Of a stretch of DNA of 64,000 nucleotides, positions 46,858-56,199 are shown piece after piece (position 1 is the first letter of the stretch; each line of letters starts with the position of its first letter). The stretch lies in NCBI GenBank assembly GCA_965222115.1, contig CBDCTJ010000007.1:2432001-2496000 (forward strand), given 5' to 3'. This DNA is from Planctomycetota bacterium (GTDB taxonomy: Bacteria > Planctomycetota > PLA2 > JAEUHO01). The notes beneath the pieces are model-generated. The model made no database searches and was not told the origin of the DNA. It worked only from the letters and a program-made list of their open reading frames with translations. Position numbers and translations under genes: made by a program.

Positions 46858-47847
46858 ATGCGCGTACTTGTCACCGGTGGACATGGATTCGTGGGTCAGC
46901 ACCTCGTTCGCTCTCTGTTGGGGGCGGGGCATGCGGTTTCCATCCTCTACCGGCACAGCGGTCGGCCTGCCAGTCTCGACGGGCTCGACGTCGAGGTCGT
47001 CCATGGCGATTTGAACGACGGGCGAGGATTGGATGCGGCCGTCGCGGACCGAAAACGCATCTTTCATCTCGCCGGTCTGACCCGCAGCGTCACGCGCAGC
47101 CAAATGCTGCGCACAAACGTGGATGGAACGGCGCGGCTCCTCGCGGCGGCGCGCCGATCCGGATTTCGAGGGCGATTCGTATTCTGCAGTTCGCTGGCTG
47201 CGTGTTCGCCCAGTTTGGACGGCACGCCGTTGACTGAGCTGACCGCAACCATGGCGCCGCTCACGTGGTACGGCGAAAGCAAGCGCAAGGCCGAGTCACT
47301 TGTACGTCGGTGTGTCGGCGAATTCGACACATCCATCGTTCGCCCACCCGCCGTGTACGGCCCCGGTGATCGCGATTTTTTGACCTTCTTCGACAGCGTT
47401 GCTAAGGGCGTGGCGCTCGTTCCTGGCCGTCGCACGACCGCGCTGTGCAGTTTGATCTTCGCGCCGGATCTTGCCGAGGCTTTGATGGCAGTGGGGGACT
47501 CGCCGGCCACGATCGGCAAGACCTACTTCGCCGCCCATCCGGAGATTGTGTCGGTAGACGACATGATTCGTGCCGCTGAGGCGTCTATGGGTCGTAGATC
47601 CAGGCGACTGCGACTGCCCACCTCCCTTCTCAGACTCACGGGGAAGGTTACGGATCTCGTGACACAGATTACGGGTCGTGCCTCGCTCCTCGGAAGCCAG
47701 CGAATTCGAGAGGTCGCCAGTGCACATTGGGTGTGCAGCCCGGAACGCGTTCAGCGCGACACGAGTTGGCGCGCATCCACGCCGATTGCCCGTGGCTTCC
47801 CGGAGACTGTTGCGGTGTACCGCGCGCGCGGGCAGCTCAAAATTTGA
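46858..47847 (+). CDS. NAD-dependent epimerase/dehydratase-family SDR (candidate ceramide reductase)
   Basis: VTGGHGFVG, YGESK, VRPPAVYGPGD; divergent from spt. Confidence 0.8.
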   Translation: MRVLVTGGHGFVGQHLVRSLLGAGHAVSILYRHSGRPASLDGLDVEVVHGDLNDGRGLDAAVADRKRIFHLAGLTRSVTRSQMLRTNVDGTARLLAAARRSGFRGRFVFCSSLAACSPSLDGTPLTELTATMAPLTWYGESKRKAESLVRRCVGEFDTSIVRPPAVYGPGDRDFLTFFDSVAKGVALVPGRRTTALCSLIFAPDLAEALMAVGDSPATIGKTYFAAHPEIVSVDDMIRAAEASMGRRSRRLRLPTSLLRLTGKVTDLVTQITGRASLLGSQRIREVASAHWVCSPERVQRDTSWRASTPIARGFPETVAVYRARGQLKI

Positions 47848-47900
47848 GTTTCGCCGGATGATTCGTGCGCCAACGCTGAGATCGTCCTTCCGGAACCGAT

Positions 47901-48428
47901 TTGGACGTCGTGTTTGACCTTGCTTGGGTCCGCCCCGAGAATGCGACGGTGCTACCGAATGCTCGACCCCCTCGCCGCGGACTGACGCGCTTGCGCAAAC
48001 TCGCTTGCGGGCCGCTGCTGTTGCTGATCCTTTGTGTATTGGGGGGGTGTCAGAGTGAAGAAGCATTTGCGCCGCGGCCTTTGGATCAAGCGATCAAGCA
48101 TCCCAGTCCCGGCGTTCGCGTGGCCGCGGTGCAGCGTGCGATACAGTCCGGTGACACAAGCGAGGTGCCGGAACTTATAGAAATGCTCGACGATGAGGAC
48201 CCAACAGTGCGGATGCTTGCATCGTCATCGCTCAAGCGCATCACGGGTCGAGACACCGGCTATCTGCCGTATGCATCCCCAGAAGTTAGGCGTTCGCAGC
48301 GGGATGCGTGGCGTTTGTGGTGGGCGTCACAACAGCAAATCGGTGACTCGGCGAGTTCGCCTCCCCTGTATCCAGTCTCAAAGCCAATGACCATGGATTC
48401 GCCACATGGGGAGGGCATGGGTGAGTGA
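47901..48428 (+). CDS. HEAT-repeat lipoprotein (start uncertain)
   Basis: Lipobox LGGC; LDDEDPTVR; AWRLWW. Confidence 0.7.
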   Translation: MDVVFDLAWVRPENATVLPNARPPRRGLTRLRKLACGPLLLLILCVLGGCQSEEAFAPRPLDQAIKHPSPGVRVAAVQRAIQSGDTSEVPELIEMLDDEDPTVRMLASSSLKRITGRDTGYLPYASPEVRRSQRDAWRLWWASQQQIGDSASSPPLYPVSKPMTMDSPHGEGMGE

Positions 48429-48858
48429 GCCGCAACAAATCCAGACAGAGCGGCTTGAGACTTCTCTCACCTCCAATCCACGGTGGCTTCCCGTCGTGCG
48501 TGGCATAGTGAGCGAAGCCGCCGGCGTGGTGGGACTCGATCGCGAGGCACAAGAGTCAATCGCTTTGGCGGTCAATGAAGCGTGGACCAACGTGATTCGA
48601 CACGTGTACGGCGGGCGCGAAGACGCACGCATTGACCTGGCAATTGAACTGCACCCCGACCGCCTCGCGACGTATATTACCGACTACGGCACGTTTGTGG
48701 ATCCCGGAACCATTCGGTCACGGAGGCTCGAGGACGTACGCCCCGGCGGCATTGGTGTTCACCTTATCAAGACCACCATGGACGACGTGGAGTACAAGTT
48801 GAACGAGCACGGGGGAACAACATTGTCCATGGTTCGCTATCTCGAATCGCATGCGTAG
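48421..48858 (+). CDS. Anti-sigma factor / Ser kinase (RsbW-like)
   Basis: LAVNEAWTNVIRHVY, ITDYG, GGIGVHLI. Confidence 0.88.
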   Translation: MSEPQQIQTERLETSLTSNPRWLPVVRGIVSEAAGVVGLDREAQESIALAVNEAWTNVIRHVYGGREDARIDLAIELHPDRLATYITDYGTFVDPGTIRSRRLEDVRPGGIGVHLIKTTMDDVEYKLNEHGGTTLSMVRYLESHA

Positions 48859-48915
48859 CAATTCGGCTACGTAGCGAATCGGTTGGCGCACGCCACATGC
48901 TATGAAGGAAACCCC

Positions 48916-49257
48916 ATGAAAGTCACCAGCGAATCCCACGGGAACGGATCCGTATTTGTCGTTGAAGGTCACTTGGACATGGGGTCTACCTCAACGCTGC
49001 GCAATGAGTTGCGCGGCGCGCTCAAGCGCAAAAGCACACCGTTGGTCGTGGATCTCACGGATGTCGCGTTTATTGATTCAAGCGGCCTCGCCACGTTGAT
49101 TGAGGCGCTGCAGTCGGTCTCGCACTATGGGGGTCGCATGTGCCTGTGTGGTTTGCGGCCTGAAGTCAAGCGCCTATTTGAACTTGCCCATCTCGGAAGC
49201 ATTTTCGAGGTAAAGGAAACCCGCGACCAAGCGCTTGGTCTCACGGGCCCCGCGTAG
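48916..49257 (+). CDS. STAS-domain anti-sigma antagonist
   Basis: VDLTDVAFIDSSGLATL. Confidence 0.9.
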   Translation: MKVTSESHGNGSVFVVEGHLDMGSTSTLRNELRGALKRKSTPLVVDLTDVAFIDSSGLATLIEALQSVSHYGGRMCLCGLRPEVKRLFELAHLGSIFEVKETRDQALGLTGPA

Positions 49258-49375
49258 CCATTTTCAAAATCGATTTAGATCAGGGGCAGAGAGAAACCGC
49301 CGAGTGAACTTGTGTAAGGAGTAGCGTTTTGCCGCACGGTCGCTCGCGCGTTCCGCTCGGGAAGGGACCACACTC

Positions 49376-50188
49376 GTGGCGGTCGTAGGCGGCATAGGGC
49401 GGTGGATTGAGGCCCTTGGTGGAACGGTTCTAGGGACGGTCCAGTTCCTTGGCGGCCTCGGGCTGATGGTGCGCCAGAGTGTGGGCCATCTTGTGTTGGG
49501 TCCCTTTCGCGGCCAAGGTGTACCGCGTCGCGCGTTCATGACGCAGGCTGTGCGCGCCGGCCCCAAGTCGTTGTTCATCGTATGCATCATTAACTTCTTC
49601 GTCGGCGTGATTCTCGCGTTGATCGGTGGCGACATTCTCAATCTGCTCGGATTCAAAGAGTATGTGGGCGACCTCATCGGCGTGGGAATCGTCATGGAAC
49701 TCGGCCCGCTGCTAACAGGCATCATTATGACCGGCTACATCGGGGCGGCGTTCGCTGCCGAGATTGGGACCATGGTGGTGTCGGAGGAGATTGTCGCCTT
49801 GCGCACCATGGCGCTCAATCCCGTGCGTGTCATCGTTGCGCCACGCATGTTGGCCGTGCTCTTTATGGTTCCCTGCGTGACGATTATCGGAAATGCCGTG
49901 GGCATTCTCGGCGGCGCAAGCGTGGCTCATTCCGTGTTGGATGTATCCCCCAATACGTTTTGGGAGCATGTGTGGGCCACGTTGGCGCCGCGTCAAGTTT
50001 GGCGTGGACTCGCCAAGAGCGTGGTATTTGCGCTTCTCATCGGCGCCATTGGTTGTTTTAAGGGCTTCCGGGTGTCGGGCGGTGCGGAGGGCGTGGGCCG
50101 GGCCACCACCAGCGCGGTGGTGACTACCATTATCAGCATTGTGATCAGCGATGGGATCCTAAACTATTTGCTGCTCTATCGTTTGTAG
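49376..50188 (+). CDS. mlaE: MlaE-family lipid ABC transporter permease
   Basis: ELGPLLTG, AAEIGTM..SEEI.AL, GGAEGVGRATTSAVV. Confidence 0.92.
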   Translation: MAVVGGIGRWIEALGGTVLGTVQFLGGLGLMVRQSVGHLVLGPFRGQGVPRRAFMTQAVRAGPKSLFIVCIINFFVGVILALIGGDILNLLGFKEYVGDLIGVGIVMELGPLLTGIIMTGYIGAAFAAEIGTMVVSEEIVALRTMALNPVRVIVAPRMLAVLFMVPCVTIIGNAVGILGGASVAHSVLDVSPNTFWEHVWATLAPRQVWRGLAKSVVFALLIGAIGCFKGFRVSGGAEGVGRATTSAVVTTIISIVISDGILNYLLLYRL

Positions 50189-50206
50189 GGCACGCGGAGC
50201 ACAACC

Positions 50207-51646
50207 GTGTCGATGTACACAAAGAACGCCGAGTTCAAGGCCGGGGTCGTGGTCCTGCTTGCCATTCTTGGGTTCTTGGCCTTCCTGTACTTCGCCGGTG
50301 GATCCGAGAGCCCGTGGCGCGACTACCGCTATGTGCAGTTGCGCTTTCAACCGGGTTTCCTCGCACCCCGTCCTGGCGATCCCGTTCAAATGAATGGCGT
50401 TACGGTGGGGCGCGTTCACCATGTGAAGCAGCGGGAAGAGGTCCGTCGCAATGAGCAGTTGACGGTTGCCGATCGACGCAAGTTGGGCTTGAGGGCGGAT
50501 GAGCCGGGCGAAGTGCGCGAAATGTATGTGCTGGCGACCGTAAAGATGCCCGCCGATCAGGTAATACCGCAGGGCTCGGCGGCACTGATCGATCAGAACA
50601 TTGCGGGTGTGCGTCAACTGTCCCTTTTGCCGGGTGCCTCCACGGAAAACCTCACCGACGAACAGACCGCGTCGTCGCCGCTTCCGGCCAGCGAAGCGCC
50701 AGGCATCAAAGACGTCACCACCAATCTCAATGAACTGGTTGGCAAGTTGGACACGTTGGTGGTGAGTGCCGACGAAGTGTTGGTGGAGGCGCGCGACCTC
50801 ATCGCGACCGTGCAGGAAAAGGTGGACGCGCTCGACACCGCCACAGTCAACGATGAAGTGAAGGTCATCGCCAAGGCGGTGCGCGAAGCCATTGAGTCGT
50901 TGAAGGCTCGATTGGAGAGAATCGGTGCCAACATCGAAGAGGCGTCCGTTGATGCCAAGGCGATGACCAAGTCGGGCGTCGAGACGGTGGACGCCATTCG
51001 CGATGGGTTGGACAAGAATCTCGCTTCCCTCGAAGGCGTTATCACTCGACTCGACAAGATTATTGCCAAGGCCGAACCGCAGGTCGATAGCTTTCTTGTG
51101 AGCATGAACAACATGTCGCGCGACATGGAATCGGCCGCTAAGAACTTCAAATCTTTGTCCACCGAGTTTGCTGGAATCGGGCCCGACGCGAGGCGCATAC
51201 TCAATGATCTCGGCGTCGAGTTTGACGATGTAGTCAATACGTTGGGTGACATGGCGCGCAATCTGCTCGACGCCTCCGAGGATTTACGCGCCCGGCCCTG
51301 GCTGCTCACCAATAAGCCCGATCCGGGCGAGATCGCGTTCGACAACTTGCGCGCGGCGTCTCGCAACTACATGAAGGCGATGGCCGGTGCGCAACGTGCC
51401 ATGGTCAAACTGAGTCAGTTGCTGGCGCGCCCCGATGTCCACGATCCGCGTGTGCGCGCCATGATTCACGCCGCCATGCAGAACTACCAGGCATCCCTGG
51501 AGAAGTACCGCCGCGACGAAGCGCGCTGGACTCGCCTTTTTGAGACGGCGCCCAAGGGCGAGGGTGCCCGTGTCCCCCCACGCAATCCGGCACGCAGTGC
51601 ACACCCCGGAAATGCAAACCCCGGGAATGGCCAGCCGGGACGTTGA
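50207..51646 (+). CDS. MlaD/MCE-domain protein with long helical region
   Basis: N-terminal TM (EFKAGVVV), GDPVQMNGVTVGRV, long coiled coil, PWLL. Confidence 0.85.
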   Translation: MSMYTKNAEFKAGVVVLLAILGFLAFLYFAGGSESPWRDYRYVQLRFQPGFLAPRPGDPVQMNGVTVGRVHHVKQREEVRRNEQLTVADRRKLGLRADEPGEVREMYVLATVKMPADQVIPQGSAALIDQNIAGVRQLSLLPGASTENLTDEQTASSPLPASEAPGIKDVTTNLNELVGKLDTLVVSADEVLVEARDLIATVQEKVDALDTATVNDEVKVIAKAVREAIESLKARLERIGANIEEASVDAKAMTKSGVETVDAIRDGLDKNLASLEGVITRLDKIIAKAEPQVDSFLVSMNNMSRDMESAAKNFKSLSTEFAGIGPDARRILNDLGVEFDDVVNTLGDMARNLLDASEDLRARPWLLTNKPDPGEIAFDNLRAASRNYMKAMAGAQRAMVKLSQLLARPDVHDPRVRAMIHAAMQNYQASLEKYRRDEARWTRLFETAPKGEGARVPPRNPARSAHPGNANPGNGQPGR

Positions 51647-51825
51647 CTCGGATTCTCCCGAATCAGAACCATCGGACCCGAGACATCAGGACGCGGCATC
51701 GATGATCGATTCGGCCGTGGTATCGGCGAGACGATTGTTGTGCATCTCGTACGGGGTTCTATGCTCCCAAGCCGATGAACGCCCTCACGAGGGTGCATCG
51801 ATCCAACATCAACAAGGAGAGCGCA

Positions 51826-52758
51826 ATGCGCAAGGTAGGCATGATCGGCGGTGGCAATGTAGGTGCCACATGCGCGTATCAAATCGCATCCGCCGGAATG
51901 GCCGACGTGGCGATTTACGACATTTTGGAAGGCGTCCCCGCTGGCAAAGCGCTGGACATGTCGCAAGTTGGTCCGGTCTTCGGATTTGACGGCGCGATCA
52001 CCGGAAGCCACGACGTGTCCATCATTGAGGGCTCCGAAGTTGTGGTGGTAACGGCAGGCTTTCCTCGCAAGGCCGGCATGGATCGTATGGACCTCCTGCG
52101 AAAAAACGTCGCGATTGCGCGCGCGAGCGGTGAAGCACTCAAGAAGTACGCACCCAACGCTGTGGTGATCGTGGTCACCAATCCACTTGATGTCATGACG
52201 TGGGTCATTCAGCAGTCCAGCGGTTTTCCGGCCGAGCGTGTCATCGGCATGGCGGGCGTGCTCGATTCTTCCCGATTCTCAACATTCATTCGCATGGAAC
52301 TTGGCGTGACGCCTAAGGATGTGAAAGCGATGGTGCTTGGTGGGCACGGCGACAGCATGGTTCCGCTTCCGCGGTTTAGTACCGTGAACGGTGTTCCGAT
52401 CACCGAACTCATGTCGGCCGAGCGCATTGAGGCGCTTAGCGACCGCACGCGTAAGGGCGGCGCCGAGATCGTGAAGCTACTTGGTACGGGAAGTGCGTTT
52501 TATGCGCCTGGTGCCAGCGCGGCCATCATGGCCGAGGCCGTACTCAATGACAGCAAGCGCTTGCTTCCCTGCAGTTGTTGGCTCAGCGGTCAGTACGGCA
52601 TCAACGACGTCTACCTCGGCGTGCCTGCCAAGCTCGGCAAGGGCGGCGTCGAGGAGATCATCGAACTCGACCTTCGTGACGACGAACTGAAGGCGCTCAA
52701 AGCATCGGCGGCAACAGTGGCCAAGGGCATTTCCGACGTTCAATCGTTGGATGCGTAG
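51826..52758 (+). CDS. mdh: Malate dehydrogenase (LDH-like)
   Basis: IGGGNVG, TAGFPRKAGMDRMDLL, VTNPLD, LDSSRF, GGHGD. Confidence 0.95.
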   Translation: MRKVGMIGGGNVGATCAYQIASAGMADVAIYDILEGVPAGKALDMSQVGPVFGFDGAITGSHDVSIIEGSEVVVVTAGFPRKAGMDRMDLLRKNVAIARASGEALKKYAPNAVVIVVTNPLDVMTWVIQQSSGFPAERVIGMAGVLDSSRFSTFIRMELGVTPKDVKAMVLGGHGDSMVPLPRFSTVNGVPITELMSAERIEALSDRTRKGGAEIVKLLGTGSAFYAPGASAAIMAEAVLNDSKRLLPCSCWLSGQYGINDVYLGVPAKLGKGGVEEIIELDLRDDELKALKASAATVAKGISDVQSLDA

Positions 52759-52774
52759 CGAGAGTTTCTGAATC

Positions 52775-53800
52775 ATGATTCGTGCCGTCATTCTCGGTGG
52801 GACCGGCTATGGCGGCATGGAACTGCTGCGCTACTTGCTGGGTCACGCAGACGTGGAGGTTGTGGCGCTCACGAGCCGAACCGACGAGCGTCCGGTCGGT
52901 GAGCGCTACCCACATTTGCGTGGGCTGACGGATCTTCACTTTACGAAGGAATCCGAAGGCGCACTTGAGACGTTGGCGGACGCATGCGACGTCGTGTTTT
53001 CGGCCAAGCCACACGGCGTTGGTTGCCATGAATTGCCGGCGCTCTTAGCCGCAGCACCCGAAGTGCGCGTGATCGACCTCTCAGGCGACTTTCGACTTCG
53101 AGACGCGGCGCTGTATCCAACGTGGTACGACTACGAGCATCCGTACCCCGCATGGTTGAGCAAGTCGGTGTATGGCCTCGCCGAGTGTGGACTGCGCGAC
53201 GCGATTTCGCGCGCGCGACTGGTCGCCAATCCCGGGTGCCACGCAAGCGCAACGGTGTTGGCGCTTTGGCCCGCGGTGGACGCCGGGCTGGTGAAGGGGC
53301 GCGTATCGGTTGTGAGTGTGACAGGATCGTCCGGTTCGGGGAGTTCCCCCAAAGCGGGCACGCACCATCCCGAGCGGTTTTCCAACTTTAAGGCGTATCG
53401 TCCGCTCAAACATCAACACCTGCCCGAAGTCGTTCAAGCGTTGGGTGGCGATACTCCCGTTGACTTCGTTCCCCACTCGGCGCCGGTTGCGCGGGGCATA
53501 CATGTGACGGCCTTTTTGCCGGTGGACAACGCGAATCTAGAGACCGTCATGTCGGCGTACGACGACCGCTACGCCGAGGAACCGTTCATGCGTTTACGTG
53601 AAGGCACGGTTGAGTTGCGCGCCTCCATGGGTACAAACTTCGTGGACATTGGCGTTACCGTGGCAGATGGCATTGCGGTGATTGCACTCGCGCAGGACAA
53701 TCTCGGCAAGGGGATGGCCGGTTCAGCCGTGCAAAATATGAACATTATGTTCGGCCTTCCTGAAATGAGCGGCCTGGATCGCGGAGGACCTGGACTTTGA
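52775..53800 (+). CDS. argC: N-acyl-gamma-glutamyl-phosphate reductase
   Basis: GGTGYGG, IDLSGDFRL, ANPGC, HQHLPE, DNLGKG..G.AVQNMN. Confidence 0.93.
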   Translation: MIRAVILGGTGYGGMELLRYLLGHADVEVVALTSRTDERPVGERYPHLRGLTDLHFTKESEGALETLADACDVVFSAKPHGVGCHELPALLAAAPEVRVIDLSGDFRLRDAALYPTWYDYEHPYPAWLSKSVYGLAECGLRDAISRARLVANPGCHASATVLALWPAVDAGLVKGRVSVVSVTGSSGSGSSPKAGTHHPERFSNFKAYRPLKHQHLPEVVQALGGDTPVDFVPHSAPVARGIHVTAFLPVDNANLETVMSAYDDRYAEEPFMRLREGTVELRASMGTNFVDIGVTVADGIAVIALAQDNLGKGMAGSAVQNMNIMFGLPEMSGLDRGGPGL

Positions 53801-55059
53801 CCGCGAAGACCAATGAACCGTTGAATCCAAACGAGTCTCTGGATCCAAGAGGGGCGCGCCAACAGTTGGAAGGCGCCATTGGCGCCCTTCCACAAGAAAC
53901 GCCGGCCGTCACCGCCTTGGAAGATCGCTATCAAATAAAGACCTACGCCAAGTGGGGCTTGGCGCTTGCCGCAGGCAAAGGTGCGTGGGTGGAAGACGTC
54001 ACAGGGCGACGATTCCTGGACTTGTACGGCGGGCACTGCGTGGCCCTCGTGGGGCATTGCCATCCCACCCTTGTTACCGCGGTGCAGGCCCAGTGCGAGC
54101 GGTTGATGTTTTATAGCAATGCGGTCTACAGCGATGTGCGCGCGGTTGCAGTGGAGCGACTCTGCCAGTTGGCACCGGAACCACTGCAGTCGGTGTTTCT
54201 TTGCAACTCAGGTGCCGAAGCCAATGAGACCGCCCTCAAGATGGCGCGTAAGTTTACGGGGCGCCGCAACGTCGTTTCCATGAACGAGAGCTTCCATGGA
54301 CGCACGCTCGGGTGCCTTGGCGCTACCGGAATTGCCAAGTATCGCGATGCCGCGTACCCGATTCCGACCGAACATCGCTACATACCGCACGGCGACATGG
54401 ACGCGGCCAAAGCGGCGGTGGGCAACGACACGGCGGCAGTCATACTCGAACCGATTCCCTCCATGGGTGGCATTCAGTGCGCGCCCGATGGCTACCTGCC
54501 GGCCCTTCGTGCGCATTGCGATGCCGTCGGCGCGCTGCTGATCTTCGATGAAGTGCAAACGGGCTTTGGGCGCACCGGAACGATATTCTTTGGCGAACAC
54601 GAGCACGTCGTGCCGGATCTGATTACGGGCGCCAAAGGACTTGCCGGTGGATTCCCGGCGGGCGTTACGTTTGTGCACGAACGCATCGCTCGCACAGTGA
54701 AGAACGGCGACCAGGGAACGACATTTGGTGGGGGCCCGCTTGCGAGTGCCGCGATCGCGGCTACCGCCACTTTGATTCGCACGTTGGATCTACCCAAGAA
54801 TGCCGCACACGTTGGCAAACTCCTGTCCCGCGAGCTCAGCGCACTTGAGGGCGTTCAAGCCGTAACGGGTCGCGGTCTTCTGATCGGCATCGATTTGAAT
54901 CGGCCGGCCAAGGCCATCGCGTCGGCTCTCTTCGATGCGGGCATTCTTGTTGGCACGGCGGGAGGGCGTCTCAACCAACTGCGTCTCTTGCCTCCACTGA
55001 CCCTGACAGAAGGCGAAGCCTCAATGTTGATTCCCGCACTTCGTGACGCCTTGGCGTAG
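53797..55059 (+). CDS. argD: Acetyl/succinyl-ornithine aminotransferase
   Basis: NSGAEANE, FHGRT, FDEVQTGFGRTG, AKGLAGG. Confidence 0.9.
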   Translation: MTAKTNEPLNPNESLDPRGARQQLEGAIGALPQETPAVTALEDRYQIKTYAKWGLALAAGKGAWVEDVTGRRFLDLYGGHCVALVGHCHPTLVTAVQAQCERLMFYSNAVYSDVRAVAVERLCQLAPEPLQSVFLCNSGAEANETALKMARKFTGRRNVVSMNESFHGRTLGCLGATGIAKYRDAAYPIPTEHRYIPHGDMDAAKAAVGNDTAAVILEPIPSMGGIQCAPDGYLPALRAHCDAVGALLIFDEVQTGFGRTGTIFFGEHEHVVPDLITGAKGLAGGFPAGVTFVHERIARTVKNGDQGTTFGGGPLASAAIAATATLIRTLDLPKNAAHVGKLLSRELSALEGVQAVTGRGLLIGIDLNRPAKAIASALFDAGILVGTAGGRLNQLRLLPPLTLTEGEASMLIPALRDALA

Positions 55060-55068
55060 AGTTTCGCC

Positions 55069-55107
55069 ATGAGCTACCGTGCACACCGACGACGACACAG
55101 GCGCTAA
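55069..55107 (+). promoter_or_regulatory. Arg-rich leader peptide ORF MSYRAHRRRHRR (putative attenuator of argF')
   Basis: ATG AGC TAC CGT GCA CAC CGA CGA CGA CAC AGG CGC TAA; complementary to 55126-55135 and 55146-55151. Confidence 0.7.
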
Positions 55108-55155
55108 GCCACTATTTTTTTCCGTCCTGTCGTCGAATCTCCTTTGGTGTGAATC

Positions 55156-56199
55156 ATGAAGCCCGCTCCTGCCACGCTCCGGCACGTCCTAAACCTCTAT
55201 GATATGGATTCAGCGCGCTGGAATCGCCTACTTGATCTCTCTGAGTGCATGGCGGGTCCACTGGGTCGCGTCCATCACTTGCGCGGTAAACGTGTAGCGA
55301 TGGTCTTTTTCAATGCGTCGCTACGAACGCGGACCGCACTGGAAGTTGCGTGCTTTGATTTAGGCGCGCACGCCATCAATCTCAACGTGGGCGGTGGTTT
55401 GTGGAGCCTCGAGCATCGCGATGACGTCGAGATGGATGGGCCGCACGCGGAGCATGTGCGTGAAGGTTTTGGTGTGCTTGGTTGCATGACGGATGCCGTG
55501 GGCGTGCGCGTGTTCGCCTCGTTGACGGATGCCACGGAAGACGTGCGCGATCCCGCACTGAATGCCATTGCAGGCGCGTCCCCGGTACCCGTGCTCAATC
55601 TCGAGTCGGCCATGACCCATCCGCATCAGGGCTTGGCGGATGCGCTTACGGTGCGTCGCCGCTATCCCGGTGAACGTGTTCGTATCGCTCTCACGTGGGC
55701 ACCTCACATCAAGCCACTCCCACTCGCTGTGGCTCAGTCTGCGCTCATGGCATTTGCTCGTGAAGGTCACGAGGTGGTAGTGGCTCATCCCAAAGGCTAT
55801 GACCTCGCATCGAGCGCTGTGGAACACGCCAAGCGAATTGCAATGTCGTCGGGCGGAAGTGTGGCGGTTACGCATCAGCAAGACGAAGCATTGAACGGTG
55901 CGCGCGTGGTCTATGCCAAGAGTTGGGGGTCGCCGCAGTTCTACGGCGACGTGGACGCTTCGAAGGCTTCGTTGAGATCGCACGCCGATTGGAAGGTGAA
56001 TCGTTCCAAGATAGCACGGGGCCAAGATGCGGTATTCATGCACTGTCTACCCGTTCGCCGTGGCGTCGTTGTGGATGCCGATGTGCTCGATAGCGAAGCG
56101 AGTGTTGTTTTGGCGCAAGCCGAAGCACGTTTGCATGTTCAGAAAGCAACCCTCATGGACATCTTTGGTGTGGACGTGGGTCGAGGCCAAACGATATGA
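55156..56199 (+). CDS. argF: N-acyl-ornithine carbamoyltransferase (ArgF', probably succinyl-specific)
   Basis: FFNASLRT, W.LE...MDG..AEH, HPHQ, WAPHIKPLP, HCLPVRR. Confidence 0.88.
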   Translation: MKPAPATLRHVLNLYDMDSARWNRLLDLSECMAGPLGRVHHLRGKRVAMVFFNASLRTRTALEVACFDLGAHAINLNVGGGLWSLEHRDDVEMDGPHAEHVREGFGVLGCMTDAVGVRVFASLTDATEDVRDPALNAIAGASPVPVLNLESAMTHPHQGLADALTVRRRYPGERVRIALTWAPHIKPLPLAVAQSALMAFAREGHEVVVAHPKGYDLASSAVEHAKRIAMSSGGSVAVTHQQDEALNGARVVYAKSWGSPQFYGDVDASKASLRSHADWKVNRSKIARGQDAVFMHCLPVRRGVVVDADVLDSEASVVLAQAEARLHVQKATLMDIFGVDVGRGQTI

